From Paludibacteraceae bacterium (GTDB lineage: Bacteria; Bacteroidota; Bacteroidia; Bacteroidales; Paludibacteraceae), in NCBI GenBank assembly GCA_045578255.1, contig JAZNJW010000003.1, positions 8,282 to 72,281 on the forward strand: a DNA stretch of 64,000 nucleotides, given 5' to 3'. Of the stretch, positions 1-10,542 are shown in pieces; the stretch's first letter is position 1; each line of letters starts with the position of its first letter. The position numbers and the translations under genes are program-made. A model generated the notes under the pieces. That model saw only the letters and a list, made by a program, of their open reading frames with translations. It ran no database searches and was not told the origin of the DNA.

Positions 1-2
1 AT

Positions 3-3000
3 TTTGATTTAACAACAATTTCATTGCCAACTACCTTAGATAGCATTGGTGCAAATGCCATTAATGGTTGTCGTTCTTTGAAGTCAATCACTATTCCAGC
101 AGCTGTAAAACACATAGGGGAGAATGCTCTTCAAGATTGTGGTGCTTTGCAAGTAGTCCAAATGTTGCCTGCTACTCCACCTACTATGATAGGTAGTGCG
201 ATTTCTTCTTCTGCTACTATTGAGGTACCATGCGGTACAAAAGAAGCATATATATCTAACGATGCATGGTCATCCTATACAGATAAATTAGTAGAAAAAT
301 CACTCTCTAATTATCGTGTGCAGGTATCAGCGCAAGATCCGATTAGTGGTGTAGTAAATGTGCAATCACCTGATTGTGATAGTGATGGCGCATACACTAT
401 TACCGCTCAACCAAGTTACGGTTATAAGTTTACTCAATGGCGAGATGGTAATACCGATAATCCACGCAAGGTCGTGCTTACCCAAGATACTACCTTTGTC
501 GCTACAATGGTTCGTGATGGTTTCTTGGTACAAGGTGTGCCAAACTATCCAGAGCGTGGAGAGGTAACAGGTGGCACTACCGCATTGTATGGAGATACGG
601 TTACGCTGACTGTTACACCTAACTATGGTTATTATTTCGACTATTGGCTTGATAGACAGAATTATTACTACGAGAGTGATAGACGTGAAAACCCTCGTAA
701 GGTAATTGCAGATAAGGATACTACTTATACAGCTGTCTTCCAAAAGAAACAATATTCTATCACAGTGAATATTACCAATGCGGAGGATGGATTAGGTTCT
801 ATATCGTATCCAGAATCAGGTTATTATCTTGATACGATTACGATGACGGGCAGTCTGGAAGTTGGATATAAAATATCATGGAGTGATGGCTCTATAGATG
901 ATCCACGTAAGTTTGTATTGACCCAAGATACTACTTTCACTGCTACGATAGGCCAAGCTTACGATGGCAAGTGTGGTGATGATGTATATTGGGCATTCCA
1001 CGATACTATATTGACAATCACAGGTACAGGAGATATGTACAACTATAGTCAAAACAATGCTCCATGGCAACTCTTTAAAGAAGAAATCAAGGAAATCACA
1101 ATTGCAGAAGGAATCACACGTATTGGTAATTTTGCATTCTATAATATAAAAGGTGTCACTTCGATTGTTATTCCAGAAAGTATCACCAGCGTGGGAGAAA
1201 ATGCATTGAATAACTGTTCTGGCTTGACAACGGTTGTATGGAATGCTAAAAACTGCCCAACACTTAATAGCAACTGGATATATCGTTCTTCTATTACCTC
1301 ATTTACATTCGGTGAGCAGGTAGAGGTGATTCCAAGTCATGTGTGCTACAATCTGTATAAACTATCTTCAATTATTCTTCCTGAAAGTGTAACGTCAATT
1401 GGCTATAGCGCCTTTTATGGATGCTCGGGAATATCATCATTAGATATTCCAGCCAAAGTAGATAGTATTGCCGCACGGGCATTCTACAATTGCTATGGTT
1501 TAGATTCGCTGGTGGTGTCGTGCGCTACGAAATATATTGCAGCAGATGCTTTCCATGCTAATAGTCTATCTACTGTTACGTTGAAAGCAAATAGCGTTGA
1601 AGAATACGCACAAAGCAATATCAATAAACTGTTGATAGATGCAAGTGTTTCTGCTACGCGAAAATTGCTAATCGGAGGTGAAGCACCAACCGATATTATC
1701 ATACCAAATACCATCACAAGAATAAATTATTATGCGTTTTGGGATGTAGATGGAATAAATTCTATTATCATTCCATCCAGCGTTACGAAGATTGATTCAT
1801 GTGCTTTCTATTCAGATGCAATTCGTACAATCTCTATCCCTTGCACAGTTGATTCTATTGGTGGTACGGCATTTATGCCAAGTACGTTAGAGAATCTGAT
1901 AATTACAACCACTAATCTAGAACAATTTTTACAGAGTGATATTAATCTTTTGTTGAACGCAGCTAATGCTAATACAGTTCCCAGAACACTATGGGCAAAT
2001 GGAGCTGAAGTGACAAATGTGTTAATCCCAAATAGCATAACAGAGATTAAAGAAAGGGCGTTCTATAGAATGGCAAACATAACCTCAGTGAATATACCTG
2101 AGGGTGTGACCAAATTGGGTTCGTATGCCTTTGCTGGATGTAACAAATTGGAGGTGGTGAAACTGCCAAATTCATTGGATACGATACCTATTAGGACATT
2201 CGACCAGTGCTCTTTATTGGCGACAGTAGATTTAGGGGATAGCATAAAGCGTATTGATGATTATGCGTTTGCCAGCTGCTTCAGATTGGTGACGCTACGT
2301 ATGCCAGAAGCATTAAAGAGTATTGGCTCATATGTGTTTAGTAGTTGCTCCAACCTCACATCCATCCACTTGCCAATGCTTGTACCGCCTACCATTATCA
2401 GCAATAAAACCTTCTATGCTGCGACGAAGCTATCTTCGTTCTACGTGCCTTGTGGAGCCAAGGATAATTATACATCTGATGCTAATTGGTCTTCATTTGT
2501 CTCTAAAATCAATGAGCGTTATTTCACGGATTATACTATCACCACAGCCTCAACCAATGATGCATGGGGTATAGTTACCCTCAATGAGCCTACTTCGTGT
2601 GCAGATACCACATACAATGTTGTGGCTAAACCATACGAGGGATATCATTTCGTACAATGGCAAGATGGCAACACCGAGAATCCGCGTACGATTGCGCTAA
2701 CGCAAGATACAGCCTTTACTGCTGAGTTTGCGCGTAATACCTATACTATATCTACGCGCCCAAATATAGTAGATCGTGGCGTTACCTCCGAGGCACAAAG
2801 TGCACTTTATATGGATTCGGTAGAAATCGCTGCTGTTGCCTACTATGGTTATCATTTCACGCAATGGAACGATGGTAATACAGATAATCCACGCAAAGTA
2901 GTTGTCACAGAGGATAAAACCTATCAGGCACAATTTGATAAGAACCGCTATGCCGTTCATGCAAATTGTGACGACGAATTAGGTGCTATTACTTATCCAG

Positions 3001-4850
3001 ATTCAGTGGAATATTTAGATGTAATAGAACTGGAAGTAGATCCAATCTTCGGCTATCATTTCGTACAGTGGCAAGATGGTAATACCGATAATCCACGACG
3101 CGTGCAAATCACTCAAGACACCACATTCACTGCATATTGCGCCATTAATGAGTATGCAATCAGTGTGATTGCTAACTACGAAGAACGTGGTACTACAGAA
3201 GGTAGTGGCACATATCGCCATGGTGATTCCATTACCATGTCTGCTACCGCCAAATATGGTTATCATTTTATTCGCTGGCAAGATAGCGAAGAAGTAGATA
3301 TCAGCAAGGATGCTATATATAGCACAATAGTCACCAAACAAATAGATTATGTAGCAATATTTGGTAAAAATGTTTATCAAATCACTACAGAATCCACTGA
3401 CAATACCAAAGGTTATGTAGATGCAGTTACCCATGCAGAATACTTGGATGAAGTGATTCTGACAGCCGTTCCAGAAGTAGGTTATTACTTCACACAATGG
3501 AATGATGGTAATACCGATAATCCACGTACCATTATCCTTACGCAAGATACAGCCTTTACTGCAAGTTTTGAAATCGCTACATCTGGTAGTTGTGGCGAGG
3601 ACGCTTTCTGGAGTTATCAAGATGGTCATCTAAGCATATCTGGACAGAATGATATGTACGACTATTCGGGTTATTCATCTACTCCTTGGATGCTATATCG
3701 TGAGCAAATCAAGTCTGTTTCTATCGCTGATGGAGTTACGCGTATTGGCACTAATGCATTTAGCAATTGCACCAATTTAGAGACGATAGAGATACCAAAT
3801 TCAGTACGTGAGATTGCTGCGATGGCATTTGCGAATTGTGGTAAATTGACTACATTCACTGTGCCAGAACAGACCATTCATATTGATGCAGACGTGTTCA
3901 CTGGATGCGCAGGCATTACGTCCATTACATGGAATGCAATCTCTTATCAAGATAGTCAGAAGGCATCTACTTCACCGCTCAAACCTCTGTCTGAGCAGAT
4001 TACTACATTCACAGTGGGCGAAAAAGTGAAGTATATTCCTGCTAACTTGCTGCCTGCAATGCCTGCATTACATACCGTAAATTGGAATGCTGTAGCAGGT
4101 GATGATTATTATGCACACAATAATACTCCATTCTATACCAATAGAGATCAAATCAAGGTGTTTACTATTGGCGATAATGTGGAATATATTCCAGAATATT
4201 TGTGCTATAACCTCAATGCAATTACTGCAGTGCAATTGCCTAACACCGTAACGTCTGTAGGTGCATATGCATTTGCTGAATGTTCGAAACTCAAAGATAT
4301 TGCTATGGGAACGGCTCTCAAAGTGATTGGTTATAGAGCATTTGCTAACTGCGAAAGCATCGTAGAACTGCATATTGGCGAATCGGTAGAAACGATAGAC
4401 AGATATGCATTCTACAACTGTAATGCGGTTACGAAAATCAGCATTGGCAGCCATGTGAACTGGATAGGCGATCATGCATTCGACAATTGTACACAAGTAG
4501 AAGAAATCTATTGCTATGCACCAAATCCACCTACGGCAGAACGCAGAACCTTCTATTCGTACACTCCGATATTACGCGTATCATATACCGCAGGCGCGTT
4601 GTATCGCAGCGATAGTATCTTCGGCTTGTTTAATACAATAGGTTACTACGACAATACAGGAGTAGAGGATCTTGTTATAGATGGTATTACTATTACCAAT
4701 GGTACCATCCATTGCAACGAACCATTTACCATTTATGACCTGCTGGGTAATAATGTCACAGCAAGCAACGGCTCGCTGCAAGGTGTATATATCGTGCGCA
4801 CAGCCAGCGCAGCACAAAAAGTAGTACTAAATAGCAATATCAATCTCTAA
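3..4850 (+). CDS. Giant surface protein, 5' end cut by window edge: BspA-type leucine-rich repeats + 8 Listeria-Bacteroides (Flg_new) repeats + C-terminal T9SS sorting domain
   Basis: Frame is open from base 3, with no stop before the TTG at 24. LRR units of type IP.SVT.IG..AF..C..L recur. There are 3+5 copies of GY.F.QW.DGNTDNPR...T.DT.F.A. The tail ...LQGVYIVRTASAAQKVVL resembles a Por/T9SS C-terminal domain. Confidence 0.85.
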   Translation, partial: FDLTTISLPTTLDSIGANAINGCRSLKSITIPAAVKHIGENALQDCGALQVVQMLPATPPTMIGSAISSSATIEVPCGTKEAYISNDAWSSYTDKLVEKSLSNYRVQVSAQDPISGVVNVQSPDCDSDGAYTITAQPSYGYKFTQWRDGNTDNPRKVVLTQDTTFVATMVRDGFLVQGVPNYPERGEVTGGTTALYGDTVTLTVTPNYGYYFDYWLDRQNYYYESDRRENPRKVIADKDTTYTAVFQKKQYSITVNITNAEDGLGSISYPESGYYLDTITMTGSLEVGYKISWSDGSIDDPRKFVLTQDTTFTATIGQAYDGKCGDDVYWAFHDTILTITGTGDMYNYSQNNAPWQLFKEEIKEITIAEGITRIGNFAFYNIKGVTSIVIPESITSVGENALNNCSGLTTVVWNAKNCPTLNSNWIYRSSITSFTFGEQVEVIPSHVCYNLYKLSSIILPESVTSIGYSAFYGCSGISSLDIPAKVDSIAARAFYNCYGLDSLVVSCATKYIAADAFHANSLSTVTLKANSVEEYAQSNINKLLIDASVSATRKLLIGGEAPTDIIIPNTITRINYYAFWDVDGINSIIIPSSVTKIDSCAFYSDAIRTISIPCTVDSIGGTAFMPSTLENLIITTTNLEQFLQSDINLLLNAANANTVPRTLWANGAEVTNVLIPNSITEIKERAFYRMANITSVNIPEGVTKLGSYAFAGCNKLEVVKLPNSLDTIPIRTFDQCSLLATVDLGDSIKRIDDYAFASCFRLVTLRMPEALKSIGSYVFSSCSNLTSIHLPMLVPPTIISNKTFYAATKLSSFYVPCGAKDNYTSDANWSSFVSKINERYFTDYTITTASTNDAWGIVTLNEPTSCADTTYNVVAKPYEGYHFVQWQDGNTENPRTIALTQDTAFTAEFARNTYTISTRPNIVDRGVTSEAQSALYMDSVEIAAVAYYGYHFTQWNDGNTDNPRKVVVTEDKTYQAQFDKNRYAVHANCDDELGAITYPDSVEYLDVIELEVDPIFGYHFVQWQDGNTDNPRRVQITQDTTFTAYCAINEYAISVIANYEERGTTEGSGTYRHGDSITMSATAKYGYHFIRWQDSEEVDISKDAIYSTIVTKQIDYVAIFGKNVYQITTESTDNTKGYVDAVTHAEYLDEVILTAVPEVGYYFTQWNDGNTDNPRTIILTQDTAFTASFEIATSGSCGEDAFWSYQDGHLSISGQNDMYDYSGYSSTPWMLYREQIKSVSIADGVTRIGTNAFSNCTNLETIEIPNSVREIAAMAFANCGKLTTFTVPEQTIHIDADVFTGCAGITSITWNAISYQDSQKASTSPLKPLSEQITTFTVGEKVKYIPANLLPAMPALHTVNWNAVAGDDYYAHNNTPFYTNRDQIKVFTIGDNVEYIPEYLCYNLNAITAVQLPNTVTSVGAYAFAECSKLKDIAMGTALKVIGYRAFANCESIVELHIGESVETIDRYAFYNCNAVTKISIGSHVNWIGDHAFDNCTQVEEIYCYAPNPPTAERRTFYSYTPILRVSYTAGALYRSDSIFGLFNTIGYYDNTGVEDLVIDGITITNGTIHCNEPFTIYDLLGNNVTASNGSLQGVYIVRTASAAQKVVLNSNINL

Positions 4851-4864
4851 ATACCATACGAATT

Positions 4865-5851
4865 ATGAAAAAGAAAATAAATATAGTACTTGTATTATTA
4901 GCAACCATTGGTTTTGCTGCTTGTACCATAGATAATCCAGTGCCTCAATTTGAAGTAAAAGGTGCTGCGGTGAAAACTACCACCGAAGAAGTTGACCTGA
5001 CGTTTTCGTATCAAAAATTCGGAAATTTCAAGGCACTGCATCTTTACTTTGCAGATAATCCTGAGATGAAGAATGCCCATTTCTATGACTTGACCAGCAA
5101 AACTGCTTCGTCTGATCAGGTCAAAACGCACATAGACAACCTCTTCCCTGGACATACCTATTATTATCACTATGTGATAAATTTTGCCTACGATTCGCAA
5201 CAAACCAAGGTGGCGCAGTTTACTACGAATACAGGTACTCCACCCGTTGTGACAACCGAGAAACCATCAAGGGTAAAGCATAATAGTTGCAACTGTAGTG
5301 GCGTGATTGTTAATACTGGAGATTGCCAAATTCGCGACTGTGGAATATGTTGGGGGTACACCAGAGATATTGACATCAATAATGCGAATGTGGTACCGGG
5401 AGAACCGACTGCGAAAAATACGTTTACTATCACACTTAACGATTTAGAGAATGATACCGAATATTACGTGCGATCATATGCACGCAACGTTTTGGGAATC
5501 ACCTATGGAGAGGTAATAGGCTTTAGAACATCCAAAGGCATACAGATCACCACATCTGTGGTAATTCCCAGCGCTACAGAAGCTCGTTCGGGTGGTACTA
5601 TCACAAATGCTGAAGGTTTTTCTATTAAGCAAAGAGGTCTATGCTGGAGCACCGAACCCAATCCGACCATTGATGATATCAATGACCATAGGACTTATGA
5701 AAGCCTAGGCGCGAGCAGTGGCGTAGGCTCTTTTGAGAGTACAATGAAGAACCTGACTCCTAACACCGTATATTATGTACGTGCATATGCCGAATGTGCA
5801 TCAGAAGTTTTCTATGGCGATGAGCACCAATTTACTACAACGAATAATTAA
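4865..5851 (+). CDS. Lipoprotein with three FN3/Ig-like modules
   Basis: Signal peptide with lipobox (LATIGFAAC). Three modules end in strands such as HTYYYHYV, TEYYVRSYA and TVYYVRAYA. Starts 14 nt after the upstream stop. Confidence 0.7.
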   Translation: MKKKINIVLVLLATIGFAACTIDNPVPQFEVKGAAVKTTTEEVDLTFSYQKFGNFKALHLYFADNPEMKNAHFYDLTSKTASSDQVKTHIDNLFPGHTYYYHYVINFAYDSQQTKVAQFTTNTGTPPVVTTEKPSRVKHNSCNCSGVIVNTGDCQIRDCGICWGYTRDIDINNANVVPGEPTAKNTFTITLNDLENDTEYYVRSYARNVLGITYGEVIGFRTSKGIQITTSVVIPSATEARSGGTITNAEGFSIKQRGLCWSTEPNPTIDDINDHRTYESLGASSGVGSFESTMKNLTPNTVYYVRAYAECASEVFYGDEHQFTTTNN

Positions 5852-5865
5852 TACATTTACTATCT

Positions 5866-6366
5866 ATGAAGCGCAATAAATATATCATTTTGTTTTTAGG
5901 AATAGCATTATCCGTGGGAATACATGCTCAAGATTTTCTAAAGTTGCCGAATGCAATGACACCTATGGGCAGATTGCATATATATACCCCCAAGCCCAAA
6001 CTTCCAGATTTGCTATTGTTGGATTATAGTATTGTATTTGATGACAATAGCCGTAATCGTACGATAGAGGTAGGCGAAAAATGCAACTTGCGTTTTCAAG
6101 TTGTCAATAAAGGACGTGGTAGTGGCGTTAATTGTGTGGCACGTCTGACCGCAGAAGGTGCATACGAAGGATTGTCTTTTGGTGATCGCCCCCTGCCTAT
6201 GATAGCATCAGGTGATACAGCTACTATTGAAATGTCCATTTATGCAAGCCAAAAATTGCTGGATGGTAGTGTGAAATTCTCGTTCCGAGTAGAAGAACCG
6301 CAAGGCTTTAGTACGAAAGAACACTATTTGATTATACCTACTAAGGGACAAACAATTTCTCAATAA
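5866..6366 (+). CDS. Small exported protein (Ig/CARDB-like guess)
   Basis: N-terminal signal peptide MKRNKYIILFLGIALSVGIHA. Tight spacing within a co-directional gene run. No recognisable catalytic motif. Confidence 0.55.
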   Translation: MKRNKYIILFLGIALSVGIHAQDFLKLPNAMTPMGRLHIYTPKPKLPDLLLLDYSIVFDDNSRNRTIEVGEKCNLRFQVVNKGRGSGVNCVARLTAEGAYEGLSFGDRPLPMIASGDTATIEMSIYASQKLLDGSVKFSFRVEEPQGFSTKEHYLIIPTKGQTISQ

Positions 6367-6388
6367 CGATTCAACAGGACGATAGCAT

Positions 6389-7213
6389 ATGAAACAAGTA
6401 TTTAAAAGAATAGTACTATTTTTACCGTTTATATATAGTGCAAGTACACTCATGTCCCAAACGGTAAGCAATGTTCGCTTCGAACAATTCGAAGAAGCAG
6501 ATGTACAAATCTTCTATGAGACTGACAGAAAAGCCGATGTGGACCTCTATGTCAGTTTGGATGGTGGAAAAACAGTGGAGAAACTAACGGAGATAGAAGG
6601 TGATTTCGGACCAGAGGTAGATAAAGGTGAGCACACTGTGATGTGGCATGCTCTGAAAGAAAAAGGAGAGTTTTATTCAGACTCTGTAATCTTCTATGTG
6701 GATGCTAAGCGTGTTCAATACCCCAAATCTGTGGTGTTGACGCTCAATGCGGGATATATGACAGCTCCGCAGTACTCGGCTGGTCTGACAATAGGACAGT
6801 TTGTGTGGGGAAAACGACACCGTTTAGGCTGGTTTGTGACTGCAATGAGTGGTTGGGAGTTCCAATTCACCCCAGACGGATTGTGTGATGCAGAAGGCAA
6901 AACCAATGGCTATATGAATATGTTTAATCAGAATGAATCGCGCATGCGTATATCATTGATTGCAGGTCTGCAAGCCAAGATTACTCCTTGGTGGGCTTTG
7001 CAAGTGGGTGGTGGATATGGTTTGCGACATTTAGCTTGGCAAACGCAGAGCGGAAAATGGTTGAAAAATACTGCTTTCTCCACACAGGGAGCAGAACTAA
7101 CACTGGGTACCTCGTTCTTCATTCGTGATTTTGTGTTCTCATACAATGCGGTAACAACCAATTTTGCCACATTAGAACATCGCGTAGGAATAGGTTGGCA
7201 ATTTCATGATTAA
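6389..7213 (+). CDS. Exported protein: N-terminal Ig-like domain + Gly/aromatic-rich putative small beta-barrel
   Basis: Signal peptide. The C-terminal half has alternating hydrophobic/aromatic strands (GWFVTAMSGWEF, ALQVGGGYGL, RVGIGWQF) typical of outer-membrane barrels. Confidence 0.55.
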   Translation: MKQVFKRIVLFLPFIYSASTLMSQTVSNVRFEQFEEADVQIFYETDRKADVDLYVSLDGGKTVEKLTEIEGDFGPEVDKGEHTVMWHALKEKGEFYSDSVIFYVDAKRVQYPKSVVLTLNAGYMTAPQYSAGLTIGQFVWGKRHRLGWFVTAMSGWEFQFTPDGLCDAEGKTNGYMNMFNQNESRMRISLIAGLQAKITPWWALQVGGGYGLRHLAWQTQSGKWLKNTAFSTQGAELTLGTSFFIRDFVFSYNAVTTNFATLEHRVGIGWQFHD

Positions 7214-7236
7214 TCACTCATACAATATTTAACGTT

Positions 7237-9312
7237 ATGAATATAAGAAGAAACATTTTCTTACTGACATTGGTGTTGGTAGTATCAAATATTTTTGGAC
7301 AGTCGCTCACAATCACAGACCCATTTCGCGCGATACCTAATAGTTCAGTACTGGCGTTGTATAAAAACCAGTTTGGTCGTTGGGAAAAGCCCGACTTGGA
7401 TGATACATTCCCTTACGTAGTTATTCGTGTCGGATTGGATGGCAATGGTCAAGAAGTTAGACAAGCAAAGCAGATGTTGAACCTGTATTTGGGTACACAA
7501 ACTGCAGTAGAGTCGGTATATACAGAAGGCGAGAATGAGATATTATTTCTGATCCCCTCTCGTGCACGTCATATTGAAATCAGTTGTGGCGATGGATGTG
7601 AACGACAAACTATTTTTGATATGGTGAGATTGCAATCTAATATGGTGTATTATGGACGAGTTCATTATGTGCCAGAAGACAAGGTAGATGATGGTGCTCC
7701 CAAACGACAATTTTTTAAATTCAATGTATCGCCCGAAGATGCAATTGTAGAGATTGTGGTAAATGGAAAAACAGAGCGCTGCCATATTGAAAACGGAATT
7801 GCCAGCAAATTGTTGAACTATGGCTCTTATCCTTATACGGTAACTGCTAATAAGTATTATCCCGAAAAAGGCGTGATAACCGTATCGGAGTTATCTACAG
7901 AAAAGGATATCTCACTGCGTCCAAGATTTGGTTGGATAGAAATTGAGGAAACTGAAGAGGTAGTGGATGCCTATGTATATGCCACAAATGTGACTACTGA
8001 AGAGGTGATTTCTTTGGGACAATTCCCTTTGAAGAATGCAGAGTTGAGCAGTGGCTCGTATATAATTGAGATTCAGAAGAAGAAGTATAAGACATTCACG
8101 CAGAGTGTGACTATCTCTGATGGAGAATATGCCCGCATCCACCCAGTGATGCTTCCTAATTATACTACGGTTACACTGCAAGTAAGTGATACAATAGGTA
8201 TATATCAAGACAATCAATTGCTGGGACGTGGAGAGTGGACAGGTACACTGGAGTATGGTGAAAATGTCATTGAAACACGATTGACAAATCACAGAAGTGC
8301 TTATACCTCTTTGATGCTCAAAGAAGAAGATAAAGAAAAAGTATTTGTCTTGAACGAACCTACTCCTATTTATACTTCGCTAATTATCACAGGCGAACCG
8401 GTGAATGCATTCGTATATGTGGATGGTAAAAGATACGGCACTACACCATTCATTGTCGATCAATTGTTAATTGGTAAACATGAGGTACGATTAGAGAAGA
8501 TTGGCTATGCCTCGCAGTCTATGGAGGTTGTATTGAATGAAGGTGAGGAAAAAACGATTGAATATACACTGCAAAAAGGTATGTCAGGACAATCAAACTT
8601 CCCTCCTATGCCATCAATAGATATGTTGCACTTCATGGTAAATGGCGTACCATTTTCGATGGTAAGAGTGGCTGCAGACACTTGCGTACTTGGTGCCACA
8701 AAAGAGCATGCTATTTTTGCCAATGAAGATGAGTTGCCATTACACCAAGTGGCACTGTCAGACTATTACATAGGACAAACAGAAGTTACTCAGGCTATGT
8801 GGGAAGCCGTAATGAATGACAATCCAAGTGAGACGTTAGGACTATCTATGCCGGTTACTAATGTAAGTTGGGAGGATTGCCAATTGTTTATTAGCCGTCT
8901 CAATGAACTTACCAACATGCAATTCCGTTTGCCTACTGAAGCCGAGTGGGAGTGGGCTGCTCGTGGCGGCAATAGAACGAATGGATTTGTATATGCAGGT
9001 AGCGATAATGCAGATGAAGTGGCATGGCACATTCAAAATGGGGATAAAGCCATTCATGTGGTAGCGGAGAAATTATCGAATGAATTAGGTATATATGACA
9101 TGTGTGGCAATGTGCTGGAATGGTGCTCTGATTGGTATGGGGGGTACAAGAAAAATTTCCAAGAAAATCCTACAGGTGCTTCATCTGGTACAGAAAGAGT
9201 GGTGCGTGGTGGCTCAATAAATACTGCCGTAAATGGATGTCGCGTGTCATCGAGAGATAAAAGATTCCCTACATTCTCGCTATTCAATGTAGGATTCCGT
9301 TTGGCTTTATAA
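7237..9312 (+). CDS. Exported PEGA-domain protein with C-terminal formylglycine-generating-enzyme (SUMF1/FGE-sulfatase, C-type-lectin fold) domain
   Basis: Signal peptide. PEGA-like unit YVDGKRYGTTPFIVDQLLIGKHEVRLEKIGY. C-terminal FGE-family motifs: EVTQAMWEAVM, VSWEDCQLFI, RLPTEAEWEWAARGG, YDMCGNVLEWC, RVVRGGS, GFRLA. Confidence 0.8.
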   Translation: MNIRRNIFLLTLVLVVSNIFGQSLTITDPFRAIPNSSVLALYKNQFGRWEKPDLDDTFPYVVIRVGLDGNGQEVRQAKQMLNLYLGTQTAVESVYTEGENEILFLIPSRARHIEISCGDGCERQTIFDMVRLQSNMVYYGRVHYVPEDKVDDGAPKRQFFKFNVSPEDAIVEIVVNGKTERCHIENGIASKLLNYGSYPYTVTANKYYPEKGVITVSELSTEKDISLRPRFGWIEIEETEEVVDAYVYATNVTTEEVISLGQFPLKNAELSSGSYIIEIQKKKYKTFTQSVTISDGEYARIHPVMLPNYTTVTLQVSDTIGIYQDNQLLGRGEWTGTLEYGENVIETRLTNHRSAYTSLMLKEEDKEKVFVLNEPTPIYTSLIITGEPVNAFVYVDGKRYGTTPFIVDQLLIGKHEVRLEKIGYASQSMEVVLNEGEEKTIEYTLQKGMSGQSNFPPMPSIDMLHFMVNGVPFSMVRVAADTCVLGATKEHAIFANEDELPLHQVALSDYYIGQTEVTQAMWEAVMNDNPSETLGLSMPVTNVSWEDCQLFISRLNELTNMQFRLPTEAEWEWAARGGNRTNGFVYAGSDNADEVAWHIQNGDKAIHVVAEKLSNELGIYDMCGNVLEWCSDWYGGYKKNFQENPTGASSGTERVVRGGSINTAVNGCRVSSRDKRFPTFSLFNVGFRLAL

Positions 9313-9323
9313 ATACGTCAGAT

Positions 9324-10430
9324 ATGAAACGAATTCTTTTCTTTGCCATTGTTGGCATGAGTGTACTGCTTTCAAGTTGCGGAAAGCATGGTGGTTCATC
9401 GCTGCATTTTGATGCAGATAGTGCGCGTGTGCTTATCGAAAAGGCAATTGCAGATTCGCTAATCCCTGGTGTAGTACTCTGCGTGGTGGATAAAGGCGAG
9501 ATTGTGCATCTAGAGGCATATGGTTATCGTGCAGTTGTGCCTGAACATGAGGAAATGACAACTAATACTATCTTCGACCTTGCCTCGGTGAGCAAACCTA
9601 CAGGTGCTGGTACAGCAGCGTTGCTGTTGGTGAAAGAAGGCCAACTGTCGGTGGATGATTTGGTGTGCAAGTATATTCCAAACTTCCACCCCGATGTGAC
9701 TGTGCGCCACCTAATGACTCACTATTCGGGACTGCCTGCCTATTTTACCGCTGCGCCTATGGAAAAGAAGTTCTTGGAGGCAATAGACGATGGGCGAGTA
9801 CCCATGGACACGGAGCAAGCGCGTCGCGATTTTACGGTGGACTCAATTGCTCGTTGCAAACGTCCTACTGCAATAGACGAGAAATATCGTTATTCGTGTT
9901 TGAACTTTATCTCGTTGCAGCGAGTAGTAGAAACTATCGTGGGCACAGACGTGAATACCTACCTGCGTGAGAACTTGTATGGTCCTCAAGGTTGGAAGAC
10001 CATGGGTTGGTTGCCCGATAAGGCGAATATTGAGCGTATTGCTCCTACGGAATGGAACGAGAATGCGAAATTGCGAGGCAATGTGCATGACCCTGTGGCA
10101 CGCGTGATGATGTGCGGTATATCAGGTAATGCGGGTGTGTTCGCTACTGCAGAAGAGATAGGTCAATGGGCTATCTGGTATATGAGTCAGCCACAAGAGT
10201 TGCGCGAAAGTGCTTGCAATGCAGGTCTTTGGACGGAGGATGTGCCGCTGGCAACGGACACGTTGCAAACGACGGTAGAGAGCCGCCATACGGGTTATAC
10301 AGGAACGAATGTTGTCCTTTGGCCCGAGTATAATCGTGCTGTTGTACTATTGGCACATCGCGTACACCCCCACGACAAGGGTAGCATGTACCGCCTGCGT
10401 ACCGCTATTAAAGAGTTGGTAAAACCATAG
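9324..10430 (+). CDS. Serine hydrolase / beta-lactamase-family lipoprotein
   Basis: Lipobox LLSSC. Active-site S-x-x-K motif in FDLASVSKPTG. Length and layout match class-C beta-lactamase/PBP-like esterases. Confidence 0.8.
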   Translation: MKRILFFAIVGMSVLLSSCGKHGGSSLHFDADSARVLIEKAIADSLIPGVVLCVVDKGEIVHLEAYGYRAVVPEHEEMTTNTIFDLASVSKPTGAGTAALLLVKEGQLSVDDLVCKYIPNFHPDVTVRHLMTHYSGLPAYFTAAPMEKKFLEAIDDGRVPMDTEQARRDFTVDSIARCKRPTAIDEKYRYSCLNFISLQRVVETIVGTDVNTYLRENLYGPQGWKTMGWLPDKANIERIAPTEWNENAKLRGNVHDPVARVMMCGISGNAGVFATAEEIGQWAIWYMSQPQELRESACNAGLWTEDVPLATDTLQTTVESRHTGYTGTNVVLWPEYNRAVVLLAHRVHPHDKGSMYRLRTAIKELVKP

Positions 10431-10523
10431 TGGTGTGTTGAGAATAGTGCACTTATTGTGCGTAGCAAACAAGAGATTTGCAGCGTTTTTTTAGGAAAGT
10501 TTGCATATTTCAGAAAAAAGTAG

Positions 10524-10531
10524 TATCTTTG
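10524..10531 (+). promoter_or_regulatory. Bacteroidota sigma-A -7 box (TATCTTTG)
   Basis: Matches TAnnTTTG and is preceded by an A-tract. Lies 12 nt upstream of the ATG at 10543. Confidence 0.6.
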
Positions 10532-10542
10532 CACTCGAAAGG

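Noticed and set aside
7237-9312. Diversity-generating retroelement target (FGE/C-type-lectin fold C-terminus is a known DGR variable-protein scaffold)
   Set aside because: No reverse transcriptase gene and no template-repeat copy of the 3' end of the gene is visible anywhere in the window.
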